Part shown: in pieces, positions 41,101 to 50,588 of the stretch | Position numbering within the stretch: position 1 is the stretch's first letter | How the letters are laid out: every line of letters begins with the position of its first letter | DNA from: Candidatus Obscuribacterales bacterium | GTDB taxonomy: Bacteria > Cyanobacteriota > Vampirovibrionia > Obscuribacterales > Obscuribacteraceae | DNA: 64,000 nucleotides | NCBI GenBank assembly: GCA_965228855.1 | Contig: CBDDIJ010000003.1 | Location: forward strand, 992,001 to 1,056,000 | Reading direction: 5' to 3' | Notes under the pieces: model-generated | What the model was told of the DNA's origin: nothing | Seen by the model: the letters and a program-made list of their open reading frames with translations, nothing else | Databases searched by the model: none | Program-made: the position numbers and the translations under genes

Positions 41101-41283
41101 GGTCCATGTGCAGCGCTCGGTATGCGTCTGATGACGAGGCTTACTTCAGACATCATTGCGTATGCGGAGTCACAAGACTGGACTCAGGTTCGTGTAAAAT
41201 ATATGCGCCTCAAAGCAGTCTTCGTGCAGACCAGAGAAGAACTTAAGAAAGTTTGCCCAGATGATTCTTTACTGACCACTTAA
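38191..41283 (+). CDS. PAS - acidic disordered linker - REC - HPt-like signalling protein
   Basis: YNATAEQLLG...WINVSATP PAS/PAC, VVDD...MDCDMP REC, C-terminal HPt-like helices. Confidence 0.85.
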   Translation: MSNEWNWHVNSLQTRLNDLQSTIDSIKSCVERRPGLDAATQAIAALIEASTQSEYALQEFPTALSQILSDPAIGSLLIGPQGEIVLYNATAEQLLGRDYLAERSMSSLQFSAEDRSTRLLADDLPWNRALKGESLPDVRLHLSRPTNPDTWINVSATPFRSPAGVITGAVVFIIDTTEEVQLEGSINTLCNTIHDQIAQVGSTHTQLRDLADRLSNVGIQRILSDGAPAPGRPEEDPTRKKSEPRRDAGVIPPAARQASLPQAAKNKNLIPPVPTSKSVDSESESPRSDSTLDSSAYSAEELDLGQSGTWAQVQEKAGVADAADLESANRADVHIPEGSKTLEVERVEIEPEATVAEPDEQFPTEQSIEKLQEVSLTDDQNTTSEFIDMSAHFNENELLSEDSGEVEALSNEMSAHEDDVAVAAAGEDVAALSDDSNVEPETFEGWTSAPAAAEDHVDGSAGEGDQVADSAKSLFGKFANLTKDSYSEAKFDDKEPDPALPWPELVDAPDYGEPLWDEYTQSEEEATPWQKDRVGEESAFALPPVEVNVASEEVTHAVDEDVEEVEEVYSDAESHEAQEIESEYAEPDRAEEPVEQEYVQNEEAQEQFSFAGNPPQDEPTLADEDAVFADADLDMSVEEPYVVPGDDESVQESGEFEQAEHEVAAAFDEVDSEVAADDFSPVEPVAEAEEAIEVVIEEAPSASTATDTTDKQDALGTGNRLSALKDRKPRASASYNRLKPLSAAGELDEDEDGFLNEGLVKFSADELAPVEEGPKRVLVVDDIPVNQKLLLLHLKRLGYEADVASNGQEALDMLAEKAYELILMDCDMPVMSGFEAASRIRSNEAYSHRRIPIIALTSYDREGDKEKCIASGMDDYITKGASQKELKDTIERSIVSARMKDETLSTAESEDEADAAPLDITAMLKLYGREEVEEISRLFLSNMGTYIECMQLAIDNKDADSVAHFANAVKGPCAALGMRLMTRLTSDIIAYAESQDWTQVRVKYMRLKAVFVQTREELKKVCPDDSLLTT

Positions 41284-41298
41284 GCTGCTGTCACGCTC

Positions 41299-41697
41299 AT
41301 GTTTCGTCTGGACAAAAAATTCGGGACTGCGGGAGTCTCTTCGCTCATGCAAGAAAATGCTTCTGAAGAAGTGGTAGGAATTAAGAACCTGGAAGCCGAG
41401 TTCGATGCTGACCTCGCAAAAGAACTTGCACAAGCTTTCCTTGATGATACTTCCGGTATATTGGAAAAACTAAAATCGGCCCTGGCAACATGCGATCAAG
41501 AAGCATTGCGCTCTTCTGCGCACATGCTCAAAGGTTGTTCGCGCGCGCTGCAGGCGCATCAATGCGAAAGAGCCAGCGCGCAGCTGGAAGATAACGCGCG
41601 CGATGGAAATTTCGATAGAGCGGCCGAATCGTTGCCACTAGTTGTGGTGGCATATGGCGATGCCGAAGCATTTTTGCGAAAATACCTCGAGTCTTGA
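41299..41697 (+). CDS. Stand-alone HPt phosphotransfer protein
   Basis: SAHMLKGCS motif. Start possibly the ATG near 41347. Confidence 0.88.
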   Translation: MFRLDKKFGTAGVSSLMQENASEEVVGIKNLEAEFDADLAKELAQAFLDDTSGILEKLKSALATCDQEALRSSAHMLKGCSRALQAHQCERASAQLEDNARDGNFDRAAESLPLVVVAYGDAEAFLRKYLES

Positions 41698-41722
41698 TGC
41701 TTAAGCGAAATGGAAGGCTAGA

Positions 41723-43279
41723 TTGACCAACACGGTGCAAACCGAAGCAAAATCGTCTCCGCTACCGAGCGTCGGCGATTTTTTGTTTTTGTTCGTGATG
41801 CAGATAAATCTGTTTCTTCTTCCAAACTTTCTGTTTGCTGAAGGCTCCACAGGCTGGCATTTGATAGCCGGCGAGTACATTTTGAAGACTCATTCGATTC
41901 CGCAGACGGACCTCATCTCGAGCACGTTTCCTGATAAAGCATGGGTCGCTTACGAGTGGTTGTTCGATCTCTTTATAGCCGCAATGACCCAATTCGGCGG
42001 GCTTAATCTGCTTGCTGTTGCGTTGAGCTCTGCCATCGGTTTTCTCTTCCTCTCCATATATGATAGAACCCGACGCGAAGGAGCAGGCATCATACTTTCC
42101 TTCAGCTTGGTTCTCCTTTCCATTCTGGTCGCTCTTACGCACTGGCATGCTCGACCGCACCTGGTTACGTTTCTGTGCGTCTGGATTTTTCTGACTACGC
42201 TGGAAGACTTTTATCGGGGTTTGATTTCGGTCCGAAGACTTTTTCTATTACTTTGCCCTGGCATCGTCCTGTGGGTCAACTGCCACCCTGCCTTCCCGCT
42301 AGGATTCGTAATTCTGGCAATGTATGTGGTATCAGCAATGGTGCAGTCGTCTCTGAGCAGGACTGATCAAGATCGATCTCGTTTCAAACAGAAGTTTTTT
42401 ACCCTCACAGTTTTGGGCATTACACTATCGGCATTGACCTTTGTAAACCCATACGGCATCCGGCTTCACGCCTATATTTTCTCATATCTGCAAGGCAGCG
42501 AAATTCTGGTGAATACCCAGGAGTTTATGTCCCCAATTTTCAAAGGCGGTTTGCATCCAACTTGTCTGGAAATTCTCTACTTTGCTTTCGCTGCCGGACT
42601 TTATGTTTCGAAACAGCGCATTTCACTCCCCGGTCTTTTGACATGCCTGGTGTTCGGCCACCTGTCACTATCAGCGGTGCGCAATATGCCGCTTTATGCC
42701 CTCGTGGTGACACCATTCATCGGTCGCCTTTGGGGTAGTGAGCTGGCCAAGCATAATTCGACACAGCCTCAATCATTTGCCCGGCGACTGAAGAAGTCTC
42801 TTGCCGATTTCGAAGAACAAGAGGCCCACTGCAAAATGCACGTTCTTCCATATGCATACACGATTTTTCTAGTCATAGTTGCATTGAGCGGCGGTTCTTT
42901 AATGGGCTCACAGTTGCTTAAGTCGACATTCGATCCTGTTTATCTTCCGGTCGAAACTGTTTCCTACATCAGGGAAAATAAAGTCGACATGAATCGCCTT
43001 TTCAATTTTGATAACTGGGGCGGTTATCTTCGTTATAAGCTCGGAGAGCGTGTGCGCATGGATGATCGCGCAGACTTCTACGGTTTGCCGGTTTACGCTA
43101 AGTATTCTACGGTGATGGCGGTCGGCGAAGGCTGGCAAAAAATTCTAAACGATCAGAATATCGACTGGGTTCTGTTCCCTAAAAACAGCTCTCTGGCCGC
43201 TCAGCTCAGAACCAGTCCAGGTTGGACTTCCGTTTGTAAAGACGAAGCCTCGGAGCTTTTTCGACGCGTTCCGGAATAG
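41723..43279 (+). CDS. Polytopic membrane protein, probable GT-C glycosyltransferase
   Basis: WHLIAGEYI, YEWLF, RPH, WVNCH and WGGYL..DDRADFY pattern. Confidence 0.65.
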   Translation: MTNTVQTEAKSSPLPSVGDFLFLFVMQINLFLLPNFLFAEGSTGWHLIAGEYILKTHSIPQTDLISSTFPDKAWVAYEWLFDLFIAAMTQFGGLNLLAVALSSAIGFLFLSIYDRTRREGAGIILSFSLVLLSILVALTHWHARPHLVTFLCVWIFLTTLEDFYRGLISVRRLFLLLCPGIVLWVNCHPAFPLGFVILAMYVVSAMVQSSLSRTDQDRSRFKQKFFTLTVLGITLSALTFVNPYGIRLHAYIFSYLQGSEILVNTQEFMSPIFKGGLHPTCLEILYFAFAAGLYVSKQRISLPGLLTCLVFGHLSLSAVRNMPLYALVVTPFIGRLWGSELAKHNSTQPQSFARRLKKSLADFEEQEAHCKMHVLPYAYTIFLVIVALSGGSLMGSQLLKSTFDPVYLPVETVSYIRENKVDMNRLFNFDNWGGYLRYKLGERVRMDDRADFYGLPVYAKYSTVMAVGEGWQKILNDQNIDWVLFPKNSSLAAQLRTSPGWTSVCKDEASELFRRVPE

Positions 43280-43285
43280 AGCCAC

Positions 43286-44608
43286 CTAATATGATGGCAG
43301 TTGAGTTTTAAAAAAGCTTTTGAATGTGTCCAGCATGTAGTCGATCTGTGGCTCGTCAATGCCTGGATAAACGCCAATAACAAACGAATTGTTCATAGCG
43401 TAGTCTGTAATCTTTAAATCGGATTCTACTCGTTTAGAAACCGCCTTATAGGCTGGTTGGCGAAGCAGGTTGCCGCCGAACAGGTGACGAGTCGCGATTC
43501 TATTGGCCTCGAGGTGTTGGACGAGCTGAGAGCGTTTAAAAACTGCGTCCTCTCGGACTGTCACTACGAAGCCGAACCAGCTCGGCTCACTGCCGGCAGT
43601 GGCGCGTGGAAGAATGAGATGTTCTTCAAACTGCTTCAATCCGTCATGTAAAAGTTGCCAGTTACGCCTTCTTTTCTCGATGAACTGCGGCAGCTTTTTC
43701 AATTGCGCGATGCCCACTGCTGCCTGCATATCGGTAAGTTTCAAGTTGTATCCGAGATGCGAATAGATATACTTGTGATCATACCCGGGCGGTAAAGTTC
43801 CGAGTTCCCAACCGAAACGTTTGCCACAAGTATTGTCGCGCCCGGTAGCGCAGAAACAGTCTCTTCCCCAGTCTCGGAAAGACTCAACAACTCGTTTCAA
43901 CGTGTTGTTGCTTGTGAGCACGCAGCCTCCCTCACCCATTGTGATATGGTGAGCTGGATAAAAACTTGAAGTGCTCAGGTCACCGAATGATCCTGTAAGC
44001 TGGGTTTCGACCGTACTGCCTAAAGCATCGCAGTTATCTTCAATAAGCCAGAGTCCGTGTTTTTTCGCGAGCGCCGAAACAGCCTTTAAATCAAATGGAT
44101 TACCCAGTGTGTGGGCTAGAATTATTGCCTTTGTGCGGGGACCGATGGCTGCCTCGAGTTCATCGACGTTCACGTTGTAAGTCTCAAGATTGATGTCTAC
44201 GAAGACTGGTATCAATTTGTTCTGAATGATCGGATTCACTGTTGTAGGAAATCCGGCCGCCACGGTGAGGACTTCGTCGCCTGCCATCAGTTGCCGCTCT
44301 TTTAGACTTGGTGAAGTGAGCGCGCAAACCGCCAGCAAATTCGCTGACGAACCGGAATTGCACAGCATTGCATGTTTAACACCAATATACTTGGCGAACA
44401 TTTTTTCGAACTGCGCCGCGAATCTGCCCGTGGTAAGCCAGAAGTCGAGGGACGCATCGACGAGATGCATTAATTCTTCCGCGTCAAAGACTCGACCGGA
44501 ATATGGAATTGAATCGGTTTCACGATCAAATTTGGCTGTGGAAAATGTCTGCTCATGGTAATCCCTGACAAGTTCCAAAATTTTCTGTCGCAGTAGATCT
44601 TTTTCCAT
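43286..44608 (-). CDS. rfbH: CDP-4-keto-6-deoxyglucose 3-dehydrase (DdhC/RfbH)
   Basis: [22 protein letters not shown] (His in place of Lys) and RDCFC...NTCGKRF Fe-S cysteines. Start at MEKDLL. Confidence 0.93.
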   Translation of the reverse strand: MEKDLLRQKILELVRDYHEQTFSTAKFDRETDSIPYSGRVFDAEELMHLVDASLDFWLTTGRFAAQFEKMFAKYIGVKHAMLCNSGSSANLLAVCALTSPSLKERQLMAGDEVLTVAAGFPTTVNPIIQNKLIPVFVDINLETYNVNVDELEAAIGPRTKAIILAHTLGNPFDLKAVSALAKKHGLWLIEDNCDALGSTVETQLTGSFGDLSTSSFYPAHHITMGEGGCVLTSNNTLKRVVESFRDWGRDCFCATGRDNTCGKRFGWELGTLPPGYDHKYIYSHLGYNLKLTDMQAAVGIAQLKKLPQFIEKRRRNWQLLHDGLKQFEEHLILPRATAGSEPSWFGFVVTVREDAVFKRSQLVQHLEANRIATRHLFGGNLLRQPAYKAVSKRVESDLKITDYAMNNSFVIGVYPGIDEPQIDYMLDTFKSFFKTQLPSY

Positions 44609-44678
44609 TTTTGGCAGAAACCGATATGAGCGAGAACTATAATTATACCGATGTGAATAGTCAGAACTAAAGGTTGTA

Positions 44679-45167
44679 ATGCCGGACGGAACAACAGACG
44701 TGATAGGCGCCGGTGAGTCAGGAATTAATGGCGTTCTTATAACCCCTCTAATTCGTATTCCGGATGAGCGCGGGCAAGTAATGCGCATGCTTCGTGCTGA
44801 CGATAGATACTTCGAGCGTTTCGGCGAAATCTATTTTTCAATGGTGTACCCCGGCAAGATCAAAGCATGGCATATACATTCGGTTATGACGTTGAACTAT
44901 GCGCTCGTGACAGGTAGGATTAATCTCGTACTCTTTGATGACAGAGATGGCTCGAGTACGCGGGGAAGAATCCAGGAATTAGTTCTTGATGAGTCGAACT
45001 ATTGTCTAGTTACGATCCCAAAAGGGATTTGGAATGGATTCAAAGGTCTGGGTTTGACTCCATCAATAGTTGCCAATTGCGCTACAGATCCTCATGACCC
45101 GAACGAGATTCGGAGAATCGATCCATTTGCAACTGACATTCCTTACGATTGGGCATTGAATAAGTAG
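44679..45167 (+). CDS. dTDP-4-dehydrorhamnose 3,5-epimerase family (cupin)
   Basis: DERG, KAWH, LFDDR..S.T and IPKGIWNGF. Confidence 0.88.
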   Translation: MPDGTTDVIGAGESGINGVLITPLIRIPDERGQVMRMLRADDRYFERFGEIYFSMVYPGKIKAWHIHSVMTLNYALVTGRINLVLFDDRDGSSTRGRIQELVLDESNYCLVTIPKGIWNGFKGLGLTPSIVANCATDPHDPNEIRRIDPFATDIPYDWALNK

Positions 45168-45199
45168 CAGTACTAAGAAGAGCTAGACGAAGGCTAATA

Positions 45200-46069
45200 A
45201 TGAAACATTTGGTTGTCGGAGCGTCCGGTCAAATCGGCGGAGCGGTTTACAAATCGCTTCTCGAGAAGAATCAAGACGTGATGGGAACCTGGTTTTCTCA
45301 ACCGGCCCGTGGGATGCGCAAACTAGACGTCAACGATCGTTCGCGCCTATTCAAGCTCGTCAAAGAGGCCTCGCCGGACGTCATCTACGCCTGCGCCGGC
45401 ATGACCAACGTCGACCGTTGTGAGAGTGAACCGAAGGAGAGCTTCCGGATCAATGTGGTCGGTTTGGCCAATCTGGTGGAAGCCGCAAATAGAGCAGATG
45501 CAAAAATCGTGTTGTTGTCGAGTGACTACATCTTCGACGGCGCTAAGGGACCATACGATGTTACGGATCTGCCGAATCCGCTCAATGTATATGGCTATCA
45601 TAAAGTCCTTTGCGAACAACACGTGGCGACCGTGGCAAAAAGCTTTCTCATTGTCAGAACAACTGTGGTTTATGGCTGGGAGGCGGTCGGCAAAAACTTT
45701 ATTGCGCGGCTTCTGCACAAGCTTTCGCAGGGGCAAAAGGTAAAAGTGCCAAGCGATCAGATTGGATCGCCTACGTATAATCGCAACTTCTCTCGAGCAT
45801 TGATCGAACTGGTCTCGAAAGACGAGGAAGGCGTCTTTCACGTCTCCGGTTCTACTCAAACCGATCGCTATGCATTTGCCGTGAGAGCGGCTCAGATATT
45901 CGGTCTTGATTCGCGCCTGATTCACGCGGTCAGTACCGCGGATTTGAAACAGAAAGCCAGACGCCCATTAAAAGCCGGACTCAAGCTTGAAAAAACGCGA
46001 GATGTGTTATCAACAAAGCTGCTTGGGTACGAAGATGGTCTCCGCCAGATGCTCAACGACGAGCTCTAG
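45200..46069 (+). CDS. dTDP-4-dehydrorhamnose reductase family SDR
   Basis: GASGQIG, SSDYIFDG, YGYHK and DQIGSPT. Confidence 0.9.
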   Translation: MKHLVVGASGQIGGAVYKSLLEKNQDVMGTWFSQPARGMRKLDVNDRSRLFKLVKEASPDVIYACAGMTNVDRCESEPKESFRINVVGLANLVEAANRADAKIVLLSSDYIFDGAKGPYDVTDLPNPLNVYGYHKVLCEQHVATVAKSFLIVRTTVVYGWEAVGKNFIARLLHKLSQGQKVKVPSDQIGSPTYNRNFSRALIELVSKDEEGVFHVSGSTQTDRYAFAVRAAQIFGLDSRLIHAVSTADLKQKARRPLKAGLKLEKTRDVLSTKLLGYEDGLRQMLNDEL

Positions 46070-46341
46070 GTTCTGTTGAAACCGCGCTGTTCGTCCTCGT
46101 ATTTCTTTTTGTCCAGCTCGGCAATCAGCTTTGCATTTTCCTCTTGAATCTTCATCTCTTCATCTTTTTTCTTGTCTTTTTGCTTTTGCACAGCCATCTG
46201 TTGAAGGCGAAAACGTTCGTGATCTTCTCTCCGGCGCTGGCGCTCACGCTCTTCACGTTTTCGTCGCTCTTGCCGCTCCTCATCTTGACGAGCTAAAGCT
46301 TCTTGTTCGCGCTTTCGACGCATTCTCTCAAGATCGGACAT
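46066..46341 (-). CDS. Small highly charged coiled-coil hypothetical protein
   Basis: R/E/K-rich 91-aa ORF with GGAGG upstream. Confidence 0.6.
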   Translation of the reverse strand: MSDLERMRRKREQEALARQDEERQERRKREERERQRRREDHERFRLQQMAVQKQKDKKKDEEMKIQEENAKLIAELDKKKYEDEQRGFNRT

Positions 46342-46442
46342 TTTGTCCCTGACCTCCGAAACAGTAAGTCGGACTTTCCCAATGGCTCCTATCAGTCAGC
46401 TTAGACACTGACCGCATTGGCGTCAAGTAGCTGTAATTGGAC

Positions 46443-47927
46443 TTAAAGCGAGAGGTCGTCGACCGAACCCTTGCGTGCCACGCCGGTCCTGATTGCCGCC
46501 TCTGCGACGGCTTTCGCAACGCTGTCTGCTATAGCCGGATTGAATACGCCCGGGATAATATAATCCTCGTTCAATTCGTTGTCCTGAACTACTGCGGCGA
46601 TTGCGTGCGCTGCAGCCAGTTTCATCTCCTCGTTGATATCGGTCGCGCGTACATCAAGCGCGCCACGGAACATTCCGGGGAAACACAGGACATTATTGAT
46701 CTGATTCGGGTAGTCGGAGCGACCGGTTGCCATAATGCGAACATATGGGGCTGCGTCTTCAGGCATTACCTCGGGCGTCGGATTCGCCATTGCAAACACA
46801 ATCGGATCGCGCGCCATCTTTTTCAAGTCTTCCGCTTCGATTGTCCCCGGTCCTGACAAACCGAGAAAAAGATCTGCCCCTTCAAGCGCTTCACCTACCG
46901 AGCCGCTGAAACCATCAGGATTAGTGTGCTCTGCAAACCATTCCTTCATGTAATTCATGTGATCTTTTCGACCTTTGTAAATGGCACCGCTTCTGTCAAA
47001 ACCGATAACATTTTTCACGCCTGCAGACAAAATGATTTTTGAACAGGCAACGCCTGCGGCACCAACGCCGGTGACGATCACCTTAATGTCGGACATTTTC
47101 TTTTTGACGATTTTCAGAGCGTTTATCAAGGCCGCTAGAACGACCACCGCAGTCCCATGTTGGTCATCGTGGAACACAGGTATGTCGAGTTCCTTTTTTA
47201 GTCTGTCTTCGACTTCGAAACACCGGGGGGCGGCAATATCTTCTAAATTGATGCCACCAAATACGGGGGCAATCGCTTTTACTGCTTTGATAATTTCCTC
47301 GGTATCCTGCGTGTTCAACGCTATTGGAAATGCGTCGATTTTACCGAATTCTTTAAACAGCATCGCCTTGCCTTCCATCACCGGAAGCGACGCTTCCGGT
47401 CCGATGTTTCCCAGACCAAGAACGGCAGAGCCATCGGTCACAACGGCTACGGTGTTTCGTTTGATAGTCAGTTTATAAACATTGTCGGGCTCATCGTGAA
47501 TTGCCATGCAGACCCTGGCGACACCAGGCGTATATGCCATTGACAAATCGTCCCGAGTGGCGAGCGGAACTTTGTTCGTAACCCGAATTTTTCCGCCGAG
47601 GTGCATGAGGAACGTTCTGTCGGATACGTGTAGCACTTCAAACTGATTGAGATTCTTCATCTCTTTGACAAGCGCATCGCCGTGGACCGAATCTCGTACT
47701 TTCACGGTGATATCGCGGATTATGTAATTCCCCTCGAAACCGGCGATATCAACCGCACCGATATCTGCGCCGATCTGACCTATCAATGAAGTGACGACAC
47801 CGAGACTGCCCGGCTCGTTTGGAATTTTGATGCGTAAAGTCATGCTGTAACTGGCGCTTGGCTTGACCTTGTTCTTCGGAACATCAGGCTCTTTTTTCGC
47901 GTCGGCGGGTTTGCTTGTGCTCGTCAT
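46443..47927 (-). CDS. NAD(P)-dependent malic enzyme with N-terminal ACT domain
   Basis: AYTPGVA, VMEGKA, INLEDI, FHDDQHGT and ATGRSDYPNQINN. Confidence 0.96.
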   Translation of the reverse strand: MTSTSKPADAKKEPDVPKNKVKPSASYSMTLRIKIPNEPGSLGVVTSLIGQIGADIGAVDIAGFEGNYIIRDITVKVRDSVHGDALVKEMKNLNQFEVLHVSDRTFLMHLGGKIRVTNKVPLATRDDLSMAYTPGVARVCMAIHDEPDNVYKLTIKRNTVAVVTDGSAVLGLGNIGPEASLPVMEGKAMLFKEFGKIDAFPIALNTQDTEEIIKAVKAIAPVFGGINLEDIAAPRCFEVEDRLKKELDIPVFHDDQHGTAVVVLAALINALKIVKKKMSDIKVIVTGVGAAGVACSKIILSAGVKNVIGFDRSGAIYKGRKDHMNYMKEWFAEHTNPDGFSGSVGEALEGADLFLGLSGPGTIEAEDLKKMARDPIVFAMANPTPEVMPEDAAPYVRIMATGRSDYPNQINNVLCFPGMFRGALDVRATDINEEMKLAAAHAIAAVVQDNELNEDYIIPGVFNPAIADSVAKAVAEAAIRTGVARKGSVDDLSL

Positions 47928-48119
47928 ATTTGTTTCTCGCAAAGGGAGTACCGGCCGTTGACAACAGCAACCGACTTCATGGAGTGGATGTGTTAAGCTG
48001 GACCACTGTTAAAGATAAACCCTGCATCGCATAGAAGTTAGCGAGTGCCTGATTTTTTTAATTAGTCGAAAGAACACGCTTACGACTGATTCGAATTGGC
48101 TTGTGATAGGAGATTTCAT

Positions 48120-48905
48120 ATGAGTTCTAAAAAACGAGACCTTGTTGGCAACTACGAAGTTACTAAAGAAGGTATTGTTACCCGCCGCGAAGTCCTGATG
48201 ATGGGCGCTATGGCAGCTGCCACGGGCGGGTTGCTCGCCACACAGGGTCAAGCAGCCGTCGCTGCTGATGCCGCTGCTGCTCCGGCCGGCGCATATAAGG
48301 CTCGCGATTTTAAATCCCTGGCTGGAACCATGGATGGTTTGAGCGCTGACCAGATTAACCAGCACTTGAAGCTTTACGAGGGTTATATTGCTAAAGCAAA
48401 CGCCATCCATAAAGACCTTAAATCGGTCGATCTATCGACTGCTAATGCTACTTACTCGCCAGTCAGGGAGTTGTTGATTGAGCAAAGCTTCGCTCACAAC
48501 GGTGTCGTCTACCACGAGTACTACTTCAACAACCTTGGCGGCAAGGGCGGAGAACCGACCGGTAACTTTAAATCCGCGATTGAAGAACAATGGGGCTCAA
48601 ACGCAAAATTCATCGACTTCCTGAAGGCTGCAGGCAAGAGTGCCAGAGGTTGGGTAATAGTTGGTTACAATACCCGCGCGGGTTACGTAGATGCATATGC
48701 GCTCGATACTCACAATATCGCATCACCTGCCAACATAGTACCGCTGGTGGTGCTGGATGTTTACGAGCACGCTTACATGATCGACTACAAGACCGATCGC
48801 GCAAAATATCTCGAAGCGTTCATCAACAATATGAACTGGGATGTCGTAGAGAAACGCCTCAACGTAGCGACAAAACACCCGTCCGGCGCCGACTCCACTC
48901 TTTAA
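48120..48905 (+). CDS. Fe/Mn superoxide dismutase with Tat signal peptide
   Basis: TRREVL Tat motif. Metal ligands QHLKLY, HEYYF and DVYEHAY. Confidence 0.9.
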   Translation: MSSKKRDLVGNYEVTKEGIVTRREVLMMGAMAAATGGLLATQGQAAVAADAAAAPAGAYKARDFKSLAGTMDGLSADQINQHLKLYEGYIAKANAIHKDLKSVDLSTANATYSPVRELLIEQSFAHNGVVYHEYYFNNLGGKGGEPTGNFKSAIEEQWGSNAKFIDFLKAAGKSARGWVIVGYNTRAGYVDAYALDTHNIASPANIVPLVVLDVYEHAYMIDYKTDRAKYLEAFINNMNWDVVEKRLNVATKHPSGADSTL

Positions 48906-48977
48906 TCGAGAATGTCGAATACCGGGCTGCACCGCTCAATCTAGTATTGTGCAATACGGTCTGAAAACAACGTCGAG

Positions 48978-49223
48978 TTAAATCGATAACGTTTCGCCAA
49001 ATAAATCATAATCGGTGGTCGATCGAATATCGTCCACCGATTTTATTTGTTGGCGCATTTTTTCGACGAGACTTGCCGCCAAAAATTCCATCTCTGACAG
49101 CACTGAGACCTGGTCTTGTTGGTCGAGTAAACTAAAGCTGCTCTGGAAGCTGGTTTGCGACGCTCTGCGAATGTCGAGTAAAGTCGAAGAAAGTGGATTC
49201 ACGGTTACACCTGTAAAAAACAT
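48978..49223 (-). CDS. Hypothetical protein
   Basis: AAGGAGAAG RBS before the ATG at 49223, 81 aa. Confidence 0.5.
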   Translation of the reverse strand: MFFTGVTVNPLSSTLLDIRRASQTSFQSSFSLLDQQDQVSVLSEMEFLAASLVEKMRQQIKSVDDIRSTTDYDLFGETLSI

Positions 49224-49381
49224 AGCTCTTCTCCTTGTGTCTCCGCACCCCACCGTTAGAATACGTTCGCATTTTTGCAAAGTAACCCTGATCTTCAACC
49301 AGGCACGCAGCGGGTAAACCCTAGATCGAAAGCGAAACTCGGGCTTTTAAAGTCCAGGAAAGTTTGACGCTGTATTAAACG

Positions 49382-49412
49382 GAAACGCCTCCGGCTAAGC
49401 CGAAAGCGTTTC
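49382..49412 (-). terminator. Probable terminator hairpin
   Basis: GAAACGC..CGGC-taa-GCCG..GCGTTTC downstream of the 49449 gene. Confidence 0.5.
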
Positions 49413-49448
49413 AGTTGATCTTCTGTTGTGCGGTTCAGATCTTAACTT

Positions 49449-50381
49449 TTAGTTTTCCTTTGCTTTGAATTGCTCTTGCGTTGCATTCGGGCGCAGGATG
49501 TGCGGCATCTCAGTGATCTTGTCGAGACCGCGCGGGACCGGATGGAAAGGAATTCGATCTAGTCCAACCGAGATACTTCTCGTTGCCGAGTCGCCGATTC
49601 GCTTCATAACGTCTTCAGCCTTACGATTGATGATTTCGCCTTCTTTAAGAACCACGCTTCCATCCGGCTGACGATCGATTCCGCGAAGCGTTGTTTCGCC
49701 GGATTTTGGATCTATAGAGACCGCAGTATTCCCGTGGTTTTCGTAGACCAAGACATTGCCTTTGGAATCCATGGATAATTCGAGACCGCCGCGGGTCTCA
49801 TGCTTGTTGAACTGCTTGTTCAGCTGATCGATATATTTTGAGAGCTTTTCAGGATCGCCTGAAAGCGCTTTTAGGCTCTCAGTTAGCTTGTTGACGTCTC
49901 CATCGATCAGGGCGCCCTGCAACTCGGTCAGCGCCTTTTTGTCTGCTTCGGGCAAGAGTGGGCTGAGTTCCTTCGCCATCATTTCCTTAGCGTTTTTTCT
50001 ATCCTGGTCGGTTACGAAGGGTTTCAGACTGCGTTCCATTTTCTTTGAAAATTCGCCGCTCAGTTTATCCGCGATACCTTCGCCAATTTGCGTTGCGCCG
50101 TGATCCAGTTTCGAATTGTGGTAATCGTTGCCAGCTTTTCCTGCAGCCTTGGCTGCTTGTTCCATTTGTTCGCTGACGCTGCTGCCGCTTTCCAGCTGCC
50201 CGTTAACACCGTTGGATGCAGCTTTTGCGGCGCCTTCAATGGAATTGGCACCGGTGTGGCCGCTCTTCATTGAGTCCATGGCAAAATTAGAGAGATTCGA
50301 CTTGGCCGCTTTGGCGGTATCACCGGCGGTGTCTTCGAAAGTAACGTTGGGCAGTTCAAATGCAGATCCTGACTTCGACAT
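49449..50381 (-). CDS. Hypothetical protein, tandem paralog A
   Basis: Shares ALIDGD...LSGDP.KL...GNVLVY..GNTAVS.DPK.GE with its neighbour. Confidence 0.8.
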   Translation of the reverse strand: MSKSGSAFELPNVTFEDTAGDTAKAAKSNLSNFAMDSMKSGHTGANSIEGAAKAASNGVNGQLESGSSVSEQMEQAAKAAGKAGNDYHNSKLDHGATQIGEGIADKLSGEFSKKMERSLKPFVTDQDRKNAKEMMAKELSPLLPEADKKALTELQGALIDGDVNKLTESLKALSGDPEKLSKYIDQLNKQFNKHETRGGLELSMDSKGNVLVYENHGNTAVSIDPKSGETTLRGIDRQPDGSVVLKEGEIINRKAEDVMKRIGDSATRSISVGLDRIPFHPVPRGLDKITEMPHILRPNATQEQFKAKEN

Positions 50382-50525
50382 AATAATAGTAACTCCTCAG
50401 CAGTGGCACGTTCCGTGACTATATAATCCGATTTTCGCAGCGGCGATCAAAGGTGGGTCTCTGCAGTGCTGCTTGCGTGTTCACGCAGGCCTGAAGTCGT
50501 TCGCTCTCAATAAACGTCCGGAGCG

Positions 50526-50553
50526 AAAAGGGTCCCCTGTTGGGGACCCTTTT
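50526..50553. terminator. Bidirectional intrinsic terminator
   Basis: AAAAGGGTCCCC-tgtt-GGGGACCCTTTT. Confidence 0.85.
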
Positions 50554-50588
50554 GCTGTGCGTGGGTATGATTGGTCGATCAGTTTCAA

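Noticed and set aside
44609..44788. N-terminal extension of rfbH overlapping the epimerase gene
   Set aside because: Artefact of longest-ORF calling. The recognisable protein starts at MEKDLL
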